DNA of 64,000 nucleotides from Dicyema japonicum. Taxonomy: Eukaryota; Animalia; Dicyemida. The DNA lies in the NCBI GenBank assembly GCA_011109175.1, contig RDEW01000014.1:744001-808000 (forward strand). The letters run 5' to 3'. Numbering within the stretch: position 1 is the stretch's first letter; every line of letters begins with the position of its first letter. A program made the translations under genes and the position numbers. The notes under the pieces are model-generated. The model saw only the letters and a program-made list of their open reading frames with translations, ran no database searches and had not been told where the DNA came from. Of this stretch, positions 26,175 through 40,047 are shown in pieces.

Positions 26175-27126
26175 TTATAATTTTTTAATTATGTAAATTG
26201 TGCTGAGGTCAGTTATTAGCTAAAATTTATAATTTTTAATATTACCATGAGGATTATGACAGCAGAAATTGCAATTTGGATGAAAATATTGAACGGTTTT
26301 ATTTTTTCGCAAAATTTTGCAAAGCAGCCCTATACTAAATAAATTTAGATTACTTGGTTGCTGTTAGAATAATTTTGGTCATATTTGTTCGTTATGAGGC
26401 ATGCTGTAAGATTGGCATCAGTTAGATTAACCTTTAAATCAGTTTTACAGCAAGATTTGGGGTAAGGGATTGTCTGTCTGGTACCGTTCACTACTCCCGT
26501 CGAATCCCAATATTTATGATTTTTAAAATCGCTGCTGTTGCCTACTCCACAACATTGAAACTATTATTGAGTACTCAAGTCAACATAATTATCCAGATTA
26601 TCCACAATTTTCGTGTATGTCTGAGTTTTGTTGTAATTGTCAAAGATATTCTCTTTGAAATACTTTTTGATGGTAAATTCGATCTAAGATTCTTTAAAGT
26701 CATCACCTTGTTTTTCATTGTGAATAAGCAGATGATTCCTCCAAATAATGGCAACAAGCAAGGAAGTGATGATTATTGCGTACTTTAATAACGATAAATT
26801 AGTGCTTACAATTATCAGCTTGCATTTATTTTCCTTTAGAGCTCCGCAACAACCAAAAAGTCCGGTCAAAATTATGAATATTCCTAATCCAAGGACTCCG
26901 TAAAGGATGGAAGTTAATGACCCAAACACTTTTATAAGTCTGAATGTGTCCGAGATTTCTTTTGGGGCGTGTTTGGACAATAAGTGAATCAGTGGATCTC
27001 CAGCAATTAAAAAAATACAGATTCCTAAAAGTGTGAATCCGACTATCTGACGAAAATTGAAACAAAAATTACAAATGTTGGAATGTTGAATACTAAAAGA
27101 CAACATTTTTGCAATCTAATGCCCAT
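26175..27126 (-). CDS. Tetraspanin, 7 micro-introns (22-27 nt)
   Basis: Four hydrophobic helices, FGCCGALKEN, and large-loop FQCCG, PKSCC and GC. Introns include 27047-27072 and 26783-26809. One extra base near 26745. Confidence 0.92.
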
Positions 27127-27399
27127 TTCTGCTCATCCAATATCGCTCAATGTATTTATAAATTAATTGATAATCGCAAAAATTGATTGCTGGCCATATT
27201 TACCTTATTAACCAATTATTTCTGGTAACATGCCCACCTCTGATGTTTCTTGAGTTAAACTTGAAGGAACTTGAATTTTTAAATGTTCATTAAAGAAATC
27301 TAACATCCATTATACTCAAAGTTATCATTTCTTAATTGATGATCAATACATAATTAAATTATAACTGACAGATGTGACTGAACATATGGGGTCGTATGC

Positions 27400-27900
27400 A
27401 CATTTGTTGTTTCAATATTTATTAACCATCATATTTTCCCACATTTTACTAAGAAATCAGTCTCATGGATGAATTTGCCATAATTTACAATAGAATAACA
27501 AGAAGGGATCATTTACGATAAACTAGTTAGCGATGTGGATAATTGCTTTGAAGATTGAGGTGGTGTAGTACATTTATTGCACAAATGTCTACTTCGCTAG
27601 TTGATGGGTGAAAGCCCTTTGTTTTTTTCTTCTCATGAACATGGATGAGATGACGGACTCAGGAGGTATTGGAATCCCCAAGTTTTAGAAATGGATGATT
27701 CTTTTGCTCCCTATGTTCAATCCAATTGACCATGCTTGGTCAGTAGTTAAAGCTGATGTAAAAAAAGAAATTTGATGAAAATAAAGCAGACTAGTTGAAT
27801 AATGATCTCAGAGGTTTTTAAGAATATTGACTGTAGTTCTTAGAAAGACTCATTAGCTCTGCAGCGAATTTAATTACACCCTGTTTGTGTTGCTCCTGTA
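27400..27900 (+). mobile_element. Tc1/IS630-type transposase remnant
   Basis: PMFNPIDHAWSVVKADV at about 27710-27760. Confidence 0.5.
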
Positions 27901-29414
27901 TCCCCATATTCAAGGAATAGTAGCACTTGATAAGTTAGATATGGAATTTCAATAAATGGTTTTTGAAGACGCGTTTTCCAGTTAGTTTGCAGCTATTTTC
28001 ATTTAGTATGAAAAAAAAATCCTACATAAGGGTCCCGCACTCCTCATATCTTTCCACAACTTGAGCCTGATTTGTTACTAATATTTATGTTTCCGTGTTA
28101 AAAATTTGTTTGATTAAAACTTCTCTCGATTTTTCCAGATATAATATTGGATGTCTCCCGGATTTGTTTTTTAGAGTAATGCTTCACGTTTGCTTGGATT
28201 TTCGAAAAATATTGCCAGTCGTAGATTGTGGAATTTTCATAATAAACGAGATTTCACTTATGGATTTGTTGAAAGACGAGTATCCGGCAATTATTCCTAT
28301 AATGAATCAGAATTTAAAAGTTTACTCATTTCGAGTAACAACAACAAATCCAATATTTTTTGTCTCGTGAAATTCAAAATTACGAGTGAATTAGTAGTGT
28401 TAAAATTCGATAAATTAAAAAATAATATTTCCACTGGCACGTGGTTCAATTACTCAGATGACTTAAGGGAAACTGACATCGATATCGAGATGATCGAAGA
28501 AAGACATGCTATCTGAAGATGCTGTTTGCCCGAGAATCTGAACGAATGAATTTATGTAAAAAAACTCAGACTGGGAAAGTCCAAACTATTTACTACGCAG
28601 AACCTGAAAGTGTGCTCGGTCTGGTTCAAAAAGAAAAAAAATTAATTGAGAAATTATCAATTCATTTGTTTTTTGCCAAGTTCCCACAAATTCCCATCAT
28701 CAAAAAATCTGAACTTTTCCAAAAAAAAACTGAAAAAACACAAATATAGTTTTTTTTAACTGTGCTCTGGTCCTTGAAAGATATGTTGTATGGATTAGTC
28801 ACGTCACTATTGTGATGAATGGATTCAATTTGTTAACTATTTTCTAGGTTAAACAACATGAATGAAAAGATATATTATTAAATAGTTCATCATTCTTGGT
28901 AGCTTATACCAAATAAAATATTACATTTAAAAATGAAAAACAAAAAATCAAAACTAGGGGACCGCAGCCTTGACAGCACTACTATGTCCCATCTGAACTG
29001 CGAGGAAAATACACTAAGCGGGGCGAGAATAGATTTCAGAATATTTTAAGAAAAGTTTGGGGCAAATGCCAGAGGGCTCGCTTATATAATTTTAAATGCT
29101 AAATTACTCAATATATGCTCTAAACAAATTTTGCAACCATTAAGTAATAGTTTCAAAACACTGCTTAAAAAATCTTTATTTCGGTATATCAACAGAAGAC
29201 TAGAAATGATGTAAAATTCAGTGGAATAGGAAAAATTGCTCTTAATTAATAAGATGGGCAAAAAAGTGATTTTAATATGATTTTTTGACCAGCAATCATA
29301 AATTAACGAATTAAATTAAAAATATAATTATTTAACAAAATATATTAAATTTAAATTTTTTAATAAAAGTATTATTTGTAATTTGAATAATCTTTATTCT
29401 TGTTGAGTTTAAAA

Positions 29415-29759
29415 ATGATGGAAGAAAGACGTCGCTTAGAAAGTTATTATTTTATAAATTAATTTTAGTCGAATGCCAGCGATTGACTGAAAGCCTATCT
29501 CAGCATGTAACTAAGTGTAGTCTTCAAATAGATAAGGTGCATACACACTTATTTGTAGATTTTAAGTATGCAGGAATTTGTACAACGCAAAGAGATGGAC
29601 GAGGAGTTACAAAACAATGTTGCGGTCGCCAAAGAATACCGAGACAGACTCAAAGAAGTCACAGATCCTGCGGATTTTGCCAGGTCGAAATTATCTTCTA
29701 GTTTTCAAAAGTCAGTTTTGTCGTGCATAAAATCCTACGATACTGTATTCCATCGTTGA
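29415..29759 (+). CDS. BLOC1S1: BLOC-1 subunit 1 (GCN5L1-like)
   Basis: Introns 29443-29468 and 29537-29558, possibly 29684-29701. EERRRLEIECQRLTESLSQHV...EYRDRLKEVTDPADFAR resembles RRREA..CLTEALVDHL...FNQALKEIGDVENWAR. Confidence 0.78.
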
Positions 29760-29849
29760 ATTTTAGTTTTACGAGAAATACTCTAGTTACCGTTCAAAGA
29801 TGTTCCATTATTTTAATACACCTCCTCCTCCTGTACCTAAACCCCCGAT

Positions 29850-31650
29850 TGATAAGAACCACGAATGGATCCTGGTAATTTATCATCAATATTTGTTAGA
29901 ATGTCATTTCTCAACTCAAATCGTATCTGACAGCTCAGGAAGACGATATTGATACCAAAAAAGGTGCCAAAAATAGAGACGTGCGAACAGTGAAGATATT
30001 TTGAAATGATTGTAGACTATGAGGATCCAAATCAAGCAAACCAACTCCCATATTGCCAAATTGGAGTCAATCAAAGATGCCTACTTGCGAAAACAAGTCT
30101 CACCAGATGCTGTTTACTCGATAAACCAATTTTAGGTGAAAAATTCCAAGAATTCCATTGACGCCTTTATTGAAGAGCTTGTGACAGGCCGTGAAGTTCA
30201 GGACGACCCTGAAGTATATGTACAGCTGAAAGATGGTAAAATTGAGGTTTTTTATTTCAGTTGGAATTCCCCTTATATGCCAGCAATTGCCTGCGAGCCC
30301 TATAGTTCAGCAGGGACGTAAAGGGTTCCAATCTCGTGCTCCAGCTGTCCAATCATCTCCACAGTTCATCCCGTAATAAATACTTCATAGGCCTGCTACC
30401 CCAATGAGAACCACCATTGGGGCTTATTCATATGGAGATAGGCCATCTCCCATGCCGACGTCGTCCACTAAGGTATTTACGTGATTAAATGTAGGAGGGT
30501 CTATTTTTCCGCCAGAAATCATCCGAGGAGCAAAAAAGTTGCACTGAAATGTCATGATTGAGTAGATTATGAATATCCAGACATTCTACCCGAGAGTGAA
30601 GTCCCCAAAGAAGTCTACGAGACGTTGTCGGATGATGTCAAACAGCGTGTCAAATCCCTATTCCACAGTAATTATGATCAGCCTCTCTACCATATTAATG
30701 AAAGACTACCGTAACATCTGCTTGTTATCCCAGATTTGTCCCCTACTATGCCACTGTTGACCTTCCTGACTTCCACCCAATAGGACTCAACGAAGTGCAC
30801 ATGTCTTATGATTTTTACAACAAGTTGGACTCGGAACTCCTGTTCACTCTATTTTACTATATGCCCGTTTGTCTCGTAGTTCATTTTTAGGGGACGCTCG
30901 TTCAGTATATCGCAGTTAAGGTTCTTAAGGCGAGAGGATGGAGATACCAGCATAATGTAATCACGTGGTTTCGACTGGTTAATCAAGAAACGGTTTTATT
31001 TGGTTTTATTGCAAGAATGAGTATGTTTACTTCGATTACAATCAATGGACTGAAATGGGAAATTGCCAAAATATAGTGCGTCCGGATCTTTTTGAGGATT
31101 CGCTAGATTTCCATTTTAATTGATTCTTTCTTTGTATTTAATCTGCTTTGTTCATTATTTTTTGAATTTTTATTAAAACTGCTAACTCCATCTTCCGTTT
31201 TGTCCGATCACCAATCGGGTACAACACCTTCTTACTACAAAAAATTTACAGACAATACATACTACCAGTAATCGAATATGCATGTCCCTCCTGGAGCTCG
31301 ATGATTTCTGAATCGTCGTCTCAAAATTTAGAATCCGCACAACTTGCTGCCTTGAAAATAATAAATAAGAAAACTGTGGATAACGTATTGAAAGTTAAAG
31401 AACACCTAAGGTAAAGAGTGAAATCATTTCTACAGTGGGCAATAAAAACCGGCTGTCCGCTTTCACTCTCTATATCTGACTATCTAGAAAATTCGGGAAA
31501 TCTATGGAGAATGAGACCGTCCTCGTTTCTACCAATTCTGTTGGATCTTCGAGGACCCCGAACGAGAGCCAGAACCCGGAAAACCGGGATCACTTAGTTA
31601 GTAGTTAACTATTAAGTTTTTCTAATCCGGTGATCTTGGGGTAAAAAAAA
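29850..31650 (+). mobile_element. Degenerate Ingi/Vingi-like LINE
   Basis: KDYRNICLLS and YRQYILPVIEYACPSWS. Ends PGIT* TTAGTTAG with an A-rich tail near 31645. Confidence 0.65.
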
Positions 31651-34499
31651 AAACTCCATCTTCCGTAACGTAAAAGAAGGCCATCCCAAGATATTCTTAG
31701 CTTTTGCATAGATTTCTGGTGGTCCAAGGAAGAAAAGAGATTTGAAAATTTCTTTGATTCAGAAAAAGATTTATGTTCATACCGTAAGAGATGGACTCCT
31801 ACTCTGATGGTCTTTAGAACACTTCTGAAGTTCAGGTCTCAGGAGGTCTGCGTCCCTGAATTTCGTCGTTCTCAAAGGTCTATAAAGTGGGTGGACACTA
31901 ATTCGCGAATTCTTTCAATCCAGGTTTGTTTTTTGGTGACTGTGAGAATTTTTGGAGGTCAGTAAAAAATTTTCACGATGTTCCCGCGGTTAGTGGATTT
32001 TTCCTATATTGGGAAAATTTTGTGGTTAAGGTCAAGTGATTGTTTGAATTTATCTAAATTTCTGATTGTAAGGCAATACTGATTTTATCATCTGAACGTA
32101 AATTTTGACGCAGAAAAAAGTCGAAAACAACTTTTGTCCAACACTTTTTTAAATTTTTTTCAAATCGAAATTCATATTTTCTTAAAAAATAAACATTTAT
32201 GACGTAAAAACGGCAAATAAACAATTTGAGAATTATATAGCAATCGTCATGACGTAGTTGTTCACTTTTCAGGATTGTGAGCGATATTTCCTTTTTTGTT
32301 TCTGACATCTCTTTAGTCCATGAACGTGGGAAGAAATACATGTTAGGGTTAGGTTAGGTTAGCTTTCATATATCATGAAGCGAAGTAGAAATTTTCATCT
32401 CAACCTCCCTACCAAATAACTACTTGGATAATTTGGTTATTGAAAAAAAATCGATTTTTGTGTTATTTTCTATTTAACTTAATAACTGACAAAAGCACTG
32501 CCAGATTGTCTAACAATTTTGTCAAAGTCAAAAAAACAGATCTTCCAATATCATACAAGTCCATCCAAAACCAGCGGAAATAAAATATCCAGTCCTTTCG
32601 ATTATTTAACCCTTCCAACCGAGTGGAGTAAAGTAAATGATCTTTCCCCCCCCCCCACTCCGACAATGGGAAGTGGATCACATTATGCCACTCAAGTAGA
32701 ACAAGGGAAAAGAAAAAGAACAAAGGAGATCTTTGAATAAATAGCTTTTACTATATTTTTTATGGTTTACTTGGTAACTTTAAATTTCGCATCAAATTAG
32801 AAAAGATAATTTTTTTGAAAAATTAAAAATCATTTTTGTTACCATTTCCCTTTAATAGATCCACAGTATCAAAAATCTTGGATTTTACATATTACCGGGG
32901 TTTTCCGAAGATAATGAATTTTATGTGTGCCAAATTTTTCCAAAAATAAGCCCTTCCGAAAATAAACCCATGCCAAAAAAACAATTCCAAAAATAATCAG
33001 CAATTCCTTTTTTTCTTCGATAGGCCTATTATCTTGTTGGCCTACATGTGTTATTCGGCTACTTGTCAGGTGATGTCTTTACAGAAATTGAAAATCCATT
33101 TATCAGAACATTTAAAATCAGCAATGTTTAAATCTCCTTTCAATGAGCATACGATTTCTTTTAAACATCTGCAGCTTACGATTGTTTTGTGGATAAATCA
33201 TTCAGATTTTATCCAATCAAACAGTTTTGTTTAATTTCAGGAAAAAACGCTTTTCTTCCAAAAGTTCCTAATTTATGTGAAACGGTTTGCTTTGATGAAT
33301 TTGACAAATTTGTGTTATTTTTTGCCAGCTTCTTAGACACTTACGGTCCATACCTTTTGCAATGTTTCCACTGCACTCTGACAATTTTTTTAATGTGGAG
33401 AACTTGTCATTTTATTTAAAATCATTATTTTTAATAATGGAGATTAATCTTAGAAAATAATAATAATTATTATGTGTATTTTATAAAAGATTTACACCAA
33501 TTTTTATTGGCATACCATAATTTTTGACAATAAAATCAAAAAAGCAACCGACTAATCACGTTGTCCTGATGCCTAATAAAGTTACCATAAAAAATACTGA
33601 AGAGTGCAACATTATGAAATGCATCCTGGAGGGACAAAACATGAATGTATCAGCAGCTCGGAAGTATAGAAGACTGAAAATTTCCTTATGATGTAAATTT
33701 GCAGTCTTTGTATTATAAAGAATGAATAGGAAGATGAGAGTGGTTCATTCACAACGACTCAAAAATCAAAACCACTGAAAATAATAGTTAATTAGCACTT
33801 TTGTAAAATTGTTAACTTTGATATAATAGATTATTTTTATTTTTGATATTGTAAGCCCTACCGTAGGGCTAAATAAATAATTTTCGGAAATAATAAAAAA
33901 TAATTTTCGGTAATGTATTTTATAATCAACCAATTTTTTTAACAAAATCAAAAAACCAGGATTTAGCAACCAATAGATGATTCTAAATAAGTTCATAGCC
34001 GGTAAATTCATCCTGAGCGACCACGTGGTCGGGTTCTTGATAGAAGAGGTTGAAATTTTAATTTTTATTTATCGATAGGCCAACCAAATGTCATATAAGT
34101 CACATATCTCACTTTATTAATGATTTTTATTAATTTTAATATACATCATTAGGTCTTATAGGTCATATTTCGTTTTTTTAACAGCCTTCTTGTTGTCATG
34201 CCTAAATCAAAATTGTCAAACCAGAAAAAAATTTGAAAAATCATAAGCAATATCCATGGAATTTGAGAGGGATGTTAATGGTAATTTATATTGTCTAAAT
34301 TTATAGTCAATGTAAACTTTAATACAAATATAACGTGGAACAACAACGGCAAACAATGAAACACAAGTTTTCAGACTTGAGAAATTCGTCTAAAGTTCAA
34401 AAAATTATTTTCACATTCAGAGCTTGGAATAGAATTGGTCGAAATGATGACCAAAGTGGATATTCCGTTATACAAAATCCGAGACACTAACTTTATTGA

Positions 34500-35200
34500 T
34501 TTCCACTAGACTTCAGGACCAAGCTGATAATATACGCTGATGACATTTTAATCTCGGATTCGTCGTTGAGGACATAACTTTCAGAGCGGAGACTAGGAGC
34601 TTTTGTTAACAAAGTTCAGGATTGGTGTGATCGGAGAGCCCTGAGACTCTCAATGGAAAAGTCCAGTTATTTACGGATAAGCAGGCTGGGTAGGCATCAC
34701 GAAGAGCCTTACACTCTTCGCATACAGAGAGTTTCGTTTCTGAAATACCTTGGAATTGTAGTTGATGAGTAGAGGATCATATTTGAAGGACATCGAAGAG
34801 CGAAGAAAGAAGGCTGTGCAAGCACTGTTCTGCACTAGAAGTCTAAAGTTGGATGGTGATACCATGCTTTTTGTTTTTCGGAATGTGATTCTTCCAAGAC
34901 TTATCTACGGAAGCGAAAGATGGTTTTACAGCTCCTCGGGGAAGAGGATCCTCGCTCTTGAAAAACAAGGCGAGCGGCGATCAAACTATCACTTGGAAAA
35001 AAATTATTATTCTGACTAAGGAAGAAAACAATTGGTGTGTTGGTTGGATAAGATTTAATAAGGATGCCGGTTAGGAAGATATAGAAATTAGAATCTGTAG
35101 CTTCCAAATCCAGTAGAAGGGTTTTAGGCAAGGAAACAAGGTACCGGATGAACAGTCCAGGATCTGGCGGACTGAGAGTACCTATTCTGTAACTGATGTT
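34500..35200 (+). mobile_element. LINE RT fragment nested in the hAT fossil
   Basis: IIYADDIL, LKYLGIVVD, VFRNVILPRLIYGSERW. Confidence 0.75.
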
Positions 35201-35704
35201 AGATTGTTAATAATACGGTTGATTTTCGGCATTACTAAAAATTTGTTTTATTTATATTTTTTGCCGAAAATATTGATGTGCGCTCGGCGCATGAGTGCAG
35301 TCTTTGCATGTCACATATTAGTATAAGAAATGTATTTTTAATTTTGGATGAGACCCAAATTTCAACAAAGTATTTTTTTAAATATTATAGTTGTGACTGT
35401 TAAAAATTCTATGATTACATATTTGATTATGATTCAATTACGGTGTGGTACAATTATCATCTATAAAGATGGCTACGTTGAATAAAAATCTTGCCAGAAC
35501 TTATTTGAAGAGATTGGATTGCCTCCTGACAAGATGGGTAAGTTGATTGGATGCTGCAAATTATTATCCAAGAATGCAGTACAAATAACTGAAATTGTGA
35601 ACTTTTTTTTAGATAATGAGAAAAATTTTGGAAAACGCAAAAGCTTAATACAATTCAGTGTACAGCTATATTCAATAGCTCCTACGGAAAACCATCCAGT
35701 CTGG

Positions 35705-36950
35705 TACACGGCCAATACTACATCCCATCGTCTTCTGGAGTCCAACAAGGAGACCCACTGGGGCCTGCCTTGTTCAGCCTGGGAATTGCCCGTATCACAG
35801 GATATTGTTCCACTCCTCTGAGAGTATGGTATCTGGATGATTGCACCATGGGCGGCCATCCGAAGAATGTACTAGATTGCTTGAAAAGTCTGATAGTCCA
35901 AAATGCAACAGCTCGATGCTATCGATTCCCTCTTCTGTTCCTCTATTGAACGTATCACAAATGTGAAAGTTGACGACCAAAAGTGGGACCAAGCGACCCT
36001 ACCAGTTAGCCTGGGCGGACTGGGAATCCCTTCACCGAAAAATTTGGCTTGCCCCGCGATCTGTCCTTTTTGGGCTCCAGCCGACTATTGATCAGGATGA
36101 TTCTCCAACTCCAAACAGAATCATCTAAAATCACAGATATGTAGCATTTGAAAGGGATGATGCCTAAGCAAAAAGACCGTTACACGACCATCTGCGAGGA
36201 TAAATATGAGAGTCTTCTGAACCAATCAAACCAACACAGACGTGTCTGTCTAGTCACTGGAGTGGCGCTTGGATCAATGCACTCCCCGTTGGTAATGTCG
36301 GAAAACACCTTGACGACGATTCTGTCAGCATCAGCATCTCCACCAGATTTGGACTGGAGATTGCCGGACTCACAAATGGGTGTGGCGCCACCGTCGATTG
36401 TTATGGACACTATGCCCTCTCGTGTCGAAGAAGTGCAGGACGATTCCCAAGACACAAGGCGATCAACGGAATTGTCAAGCAAGCCCTAGAGTCTGCGGGA
36501 TATCCCGCCATACTTGAACCTGTTGGCTTGGACAGAGGAGACGGAAAACGTCCCGACGGGATCACAATTCGAAGAGAGGAAACCTTTGGTTTGGGACGCT
36601 ACTTGTGTCTACCCACTTTGCCCGTCTAACATTGTCGGGAGCGCGGTAGATACACTGTATGCCGCGGAAAAAACGATAAGAAATACGAAGCGCTACGCGA
36701 CCGATTCGCGTTCTAGTTGATTGTGGTCGAGACAACGGAATGAATAAGTGAAAAATCGCTTCTCTTCCTAAAGAAACTTGGACACCTAGCTACACTAAAA
36801 AGCCACGACGCTCGTGAGACCCGGTGGCTTCTCCAGTTGATCTCTGTTGCAATCGTGAAAGGCAACGCAACGTCGATAATGTCGGAGGGGTCCTCTTTAA
36901 ATGGATGAACGTGTTAATTATTTATGCATTTTAAATATAATGAATTTAAC
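35705..36950 (+). mobile_element. 5'-truncated CRE-like retroelement (RT, CCHC, REL)
   Basis: [54 protein letters not shown] across frameshifts. Confidence 0.9.
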
Positions 36951-38189
36951 CAAAAAATTGGCAGATATTTTTGTCTACCATCCAATTTTCTGGAAATGAG
37001 AAAATGCCAAGATAATTTTTTACCATTATAGATGCAATAAAATTTAAGCAGGATCCTGTGAAAAAGAAACAAGTAAAATGTCATTAAAGATATCAAAAAT
37101 GTGAAATTAAAAGAGTTTTGTCCAACATTTGCAAACTTATGGAAGTGTCCTGGAAAACTATTTTGGTAGAAAGAAGTTTTTCCATGTTAAATAAAATGCT
37201 CGAAAAGGATAGAAATTTTACTTAAAAGTTATATTTTTAAGGTTATATTTCAATCATTTTTAGGTCATATTTGTGGTTCTCCTAATTATCGTTAAAATGT
37301 GATTTTAAAGATTAATTCTACGATATGAGTCATGCGGGCAGATCCCCAAGTTAATTAAAAAGTTCAATTCTCCTAAAAGTTTTAAAAATAATTTTAAGTT
37401 CTAATCAACGATATGGACCACTTGGACTGGTTTATTGGTTAAAGAGATATAAAAATTATTGATTATCTAACTGATTAAAGTACAAAAGAATTCAAGGTCA
37501 TTGAAAACTAACCATCAAGCTTGTGTTAAAGGTAGAGATGAATATTTCCTCGGCACTCAAGAAAACTACTTGATGGAGCTAATGAAAATGGTGATTCAAG
37601 CCAAATGGTAAATTCTATGGATGAGTCATGGCGGATTCGAGGGATTTACCTTACAATTGAGACGACCTAGACTCATTAAGACCCCTAACAATAAAAGCGT
37701 GTGGAAGAGATCGACATTCAAAATGGTTTCTTTGCACATGGCTATATATTGTGGCTAGTCAAAGCGATTTAATAATAATAAAGGAGCAATTAAAAACTGA
37801 GTAGAGTACACATACTGAGAGTGCGATAAAGACAACGACATTACAGAGTGATGTCAGCCAATCAGCTAACAAAGTTGGATGCAAGAAGCTATTAAAAACA
37901 TAGTGTGGAGCACAAGAGTGTTCATATGCTTACAGAAACAGTAGAAGTGTTTTTTAACTAACAAACTAACTAAAAAGGAACTACGCCAACCAAAAATAAA
38001 AAAATCACTGACAGAAAATACTCAAAGCATGTTTTTAATTAAAAAAATATGAATTTTATGATTTAAAGCGAATTTCTCTCAAAAGATGCTTTATTTTTGT
38101 GAGTAAAGAGACTATCCGCTGCAGAAAAACCATGGAAGGCTAAAGAGGACTCCTATGACACGTTCAATGTGACTGGTATCGAAACAACT

Positions 38190-38340
38190 GGGATGATAAG
38201 CAAGATATCTTTCCCTTTTTTCAAGAATTTGAGACGTTTGGCTACACTCAGAAGCTATGACGTCCGTAAAATCCGGTAGCTCATCCAGTTGATTGCTATT
38301 GTTAGAGGTAATACCGCGTCAATTATATCTGCGTGGATAA
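38190..38340 (+). mobile_element. CRE-like 3' fragment
   Basis: GIETTG...LIAIVRGNTASI. Confidence 0.65.
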
Positions 38341-38599
38341 ATGATTAGCTAACACTCTCAACTTGAGGGTTTATAATTTAAATAAAAAAAAAAAAATATT
38401 TTTAATAAATAACATTTGATCACAGATCCACATATGTTTAAGGAAGATCAAATTATTCAAATTTATATTATGAAATGATAGCTGCTGGCCTCCTGCAAGT
38501 TAGTGAGGCTGGGGTTACTTAACTAACTAACTAAGAAGTGATAATATCGGAGATACACTCATCCGTTGAAGAATGTTGAAACAATTCACAGACTAGAAT

Positions 38600-39780
38600 C
38601 ACATCAAAATGAATTATAGACTTAAAAGGAATGATGAAAACTTCATTTTGAAAGGCGGAAAGCTCTATCTTGAAAATTCCAAACATAACCACAAGCTTAT
38701 AATCGTCTCAATCAACACAGAAGAAATGAGGAGATACATGTAGCTAATCATTGTGGACACATTGCTTTGGAAAAATTGTGCCATAAAAGATTCTGTTTTA
38801 TTAAAAGAAGCATTATTTGTCAATTGATAAGAGACTGCGATATATGCTTGTTGCAGTGCCATTGAAAAAATATGACGATCTGAGTCATTATGGTTTTTAA
38901 TGACGAGAAATGATGGATAAAACACATTCGAAAGGCTATGGTCTAGGAGAAATGTTCCCATGTATCAACTACTGAGTTGATTCCATGACGTCGACTTCAA
39001 TTGCTTCCTCCTTATTTGTTCGATTAAAGATTTCTCCTGGAGCTCTTTTAGTAAGTCATACCTTTGATTGAGGAATAGTGAGTTCTTTATACCTTTGATT
39101 GAGGAATTCTACAATTGTGGCCAAATATGTTTTCGTTGATTTTATGACCCGTAGGATCCCTGTTTCCTTAAATAATAATTCGGAGGAGAAAGTTGTATAT
39201 TCCATAACATCCGCTAGCTCTCAATTTCGGGAGGTGTTTAATAAATTCAAGGATGCTTTCCTTGCTAAAGTCTGCAAATGTGTCTTCCGCACCGGTCACT
39301 AGTTTGTTCATGAAAAATGTGTTCTCATTGCTCGCCTGTTTTTTTTAATATTCTCCAAAATAATAGACAATCGCTTTCTTTGAACAAAAATTGAGCATTC
39401 TTTTGCTCCTCGTTTAAGCCACGATAAAAATATCTTCGATTGAATTCAAAACACCAATTATGTTTTATGAATTCCTTTCATATATTCGAAGTCTTTTCTC
39501 CACATCTTTATATCATCCTGAATACAAGCACCGATTCTCCCTAATTCACCCTTCTTTGACTTTCGGTATCCATATTGGCAAAGCATATTTCTCGTTTAAT
39601 CACCACATCTTTGGTTTTCTCTAGGTTTAGTAAGCTCTGTTATTTGTTAAAGTTGCTTCTTCAGTTTTGTAAGATCCATGTGGTGGATCCAATCAGGCAC
39701 GTTGTGAGAGAACCCCATACGCACGCTGTCCAACATGAACAATATCCGTGATATTGCTTATATTCGTTGGTGGAAATAAC
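38600..39780 (-). mobile_element. Highly degraded APE-type LINE
   Basis: KHLPKLRASGCYGIYN (KAxGxDGI-like) and an LD..AFxxV remnant. Confidence 0.5.
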
Positions 39781-40020
39781 ATAGGTTTTCGACCATCGCG
39801 GGGGATTAACTTCGAATTTGAAAGTATAACTCATCTATAGTATCTCTGTAGTATGATATTTCTGATTTTGGACATATTTCCCAGTTTCCCGATACAGGTA
39901 ATTTAAGTGGCAATAAACATGTCACGTGGCTCGCCGACGACGTGGTGGCATTTGGAAAAAAAGAACCACACTTTCCCCTATTTTCACGGGTGGCCCAATA
40001 AGGAAGGCCTGCGTCGCTGC

Positions 40021-40047
40021 GGAGACGTTGAGGCAAACCCTGGACCA
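40021..40047 (+). other. 2A-like (StopGo) peptide core GDVEANPGP
   Basis: Exact DxExNPG/P consensus, preceded by LRRC and in frame with the APE domain. Confidence 0.9.

Larger units (their letters stand above)
34197..37250 (+). mobile_element. Fossil hAT/CGGBP1-like transposase interrupted by two retroelements
   Basis: N-terminal MPKSKLS..DVNGNLYC, LDETQ..YFLNIIV at about 35345, and C-terminal VERSFSMLNKMLEKDRNF at about 37170. Fragments only. Confidence 0.55.

Noticed and set aside
32343-32362. Telomere or chromosome end
   Set aside because: Only about four mixed units, located internally.
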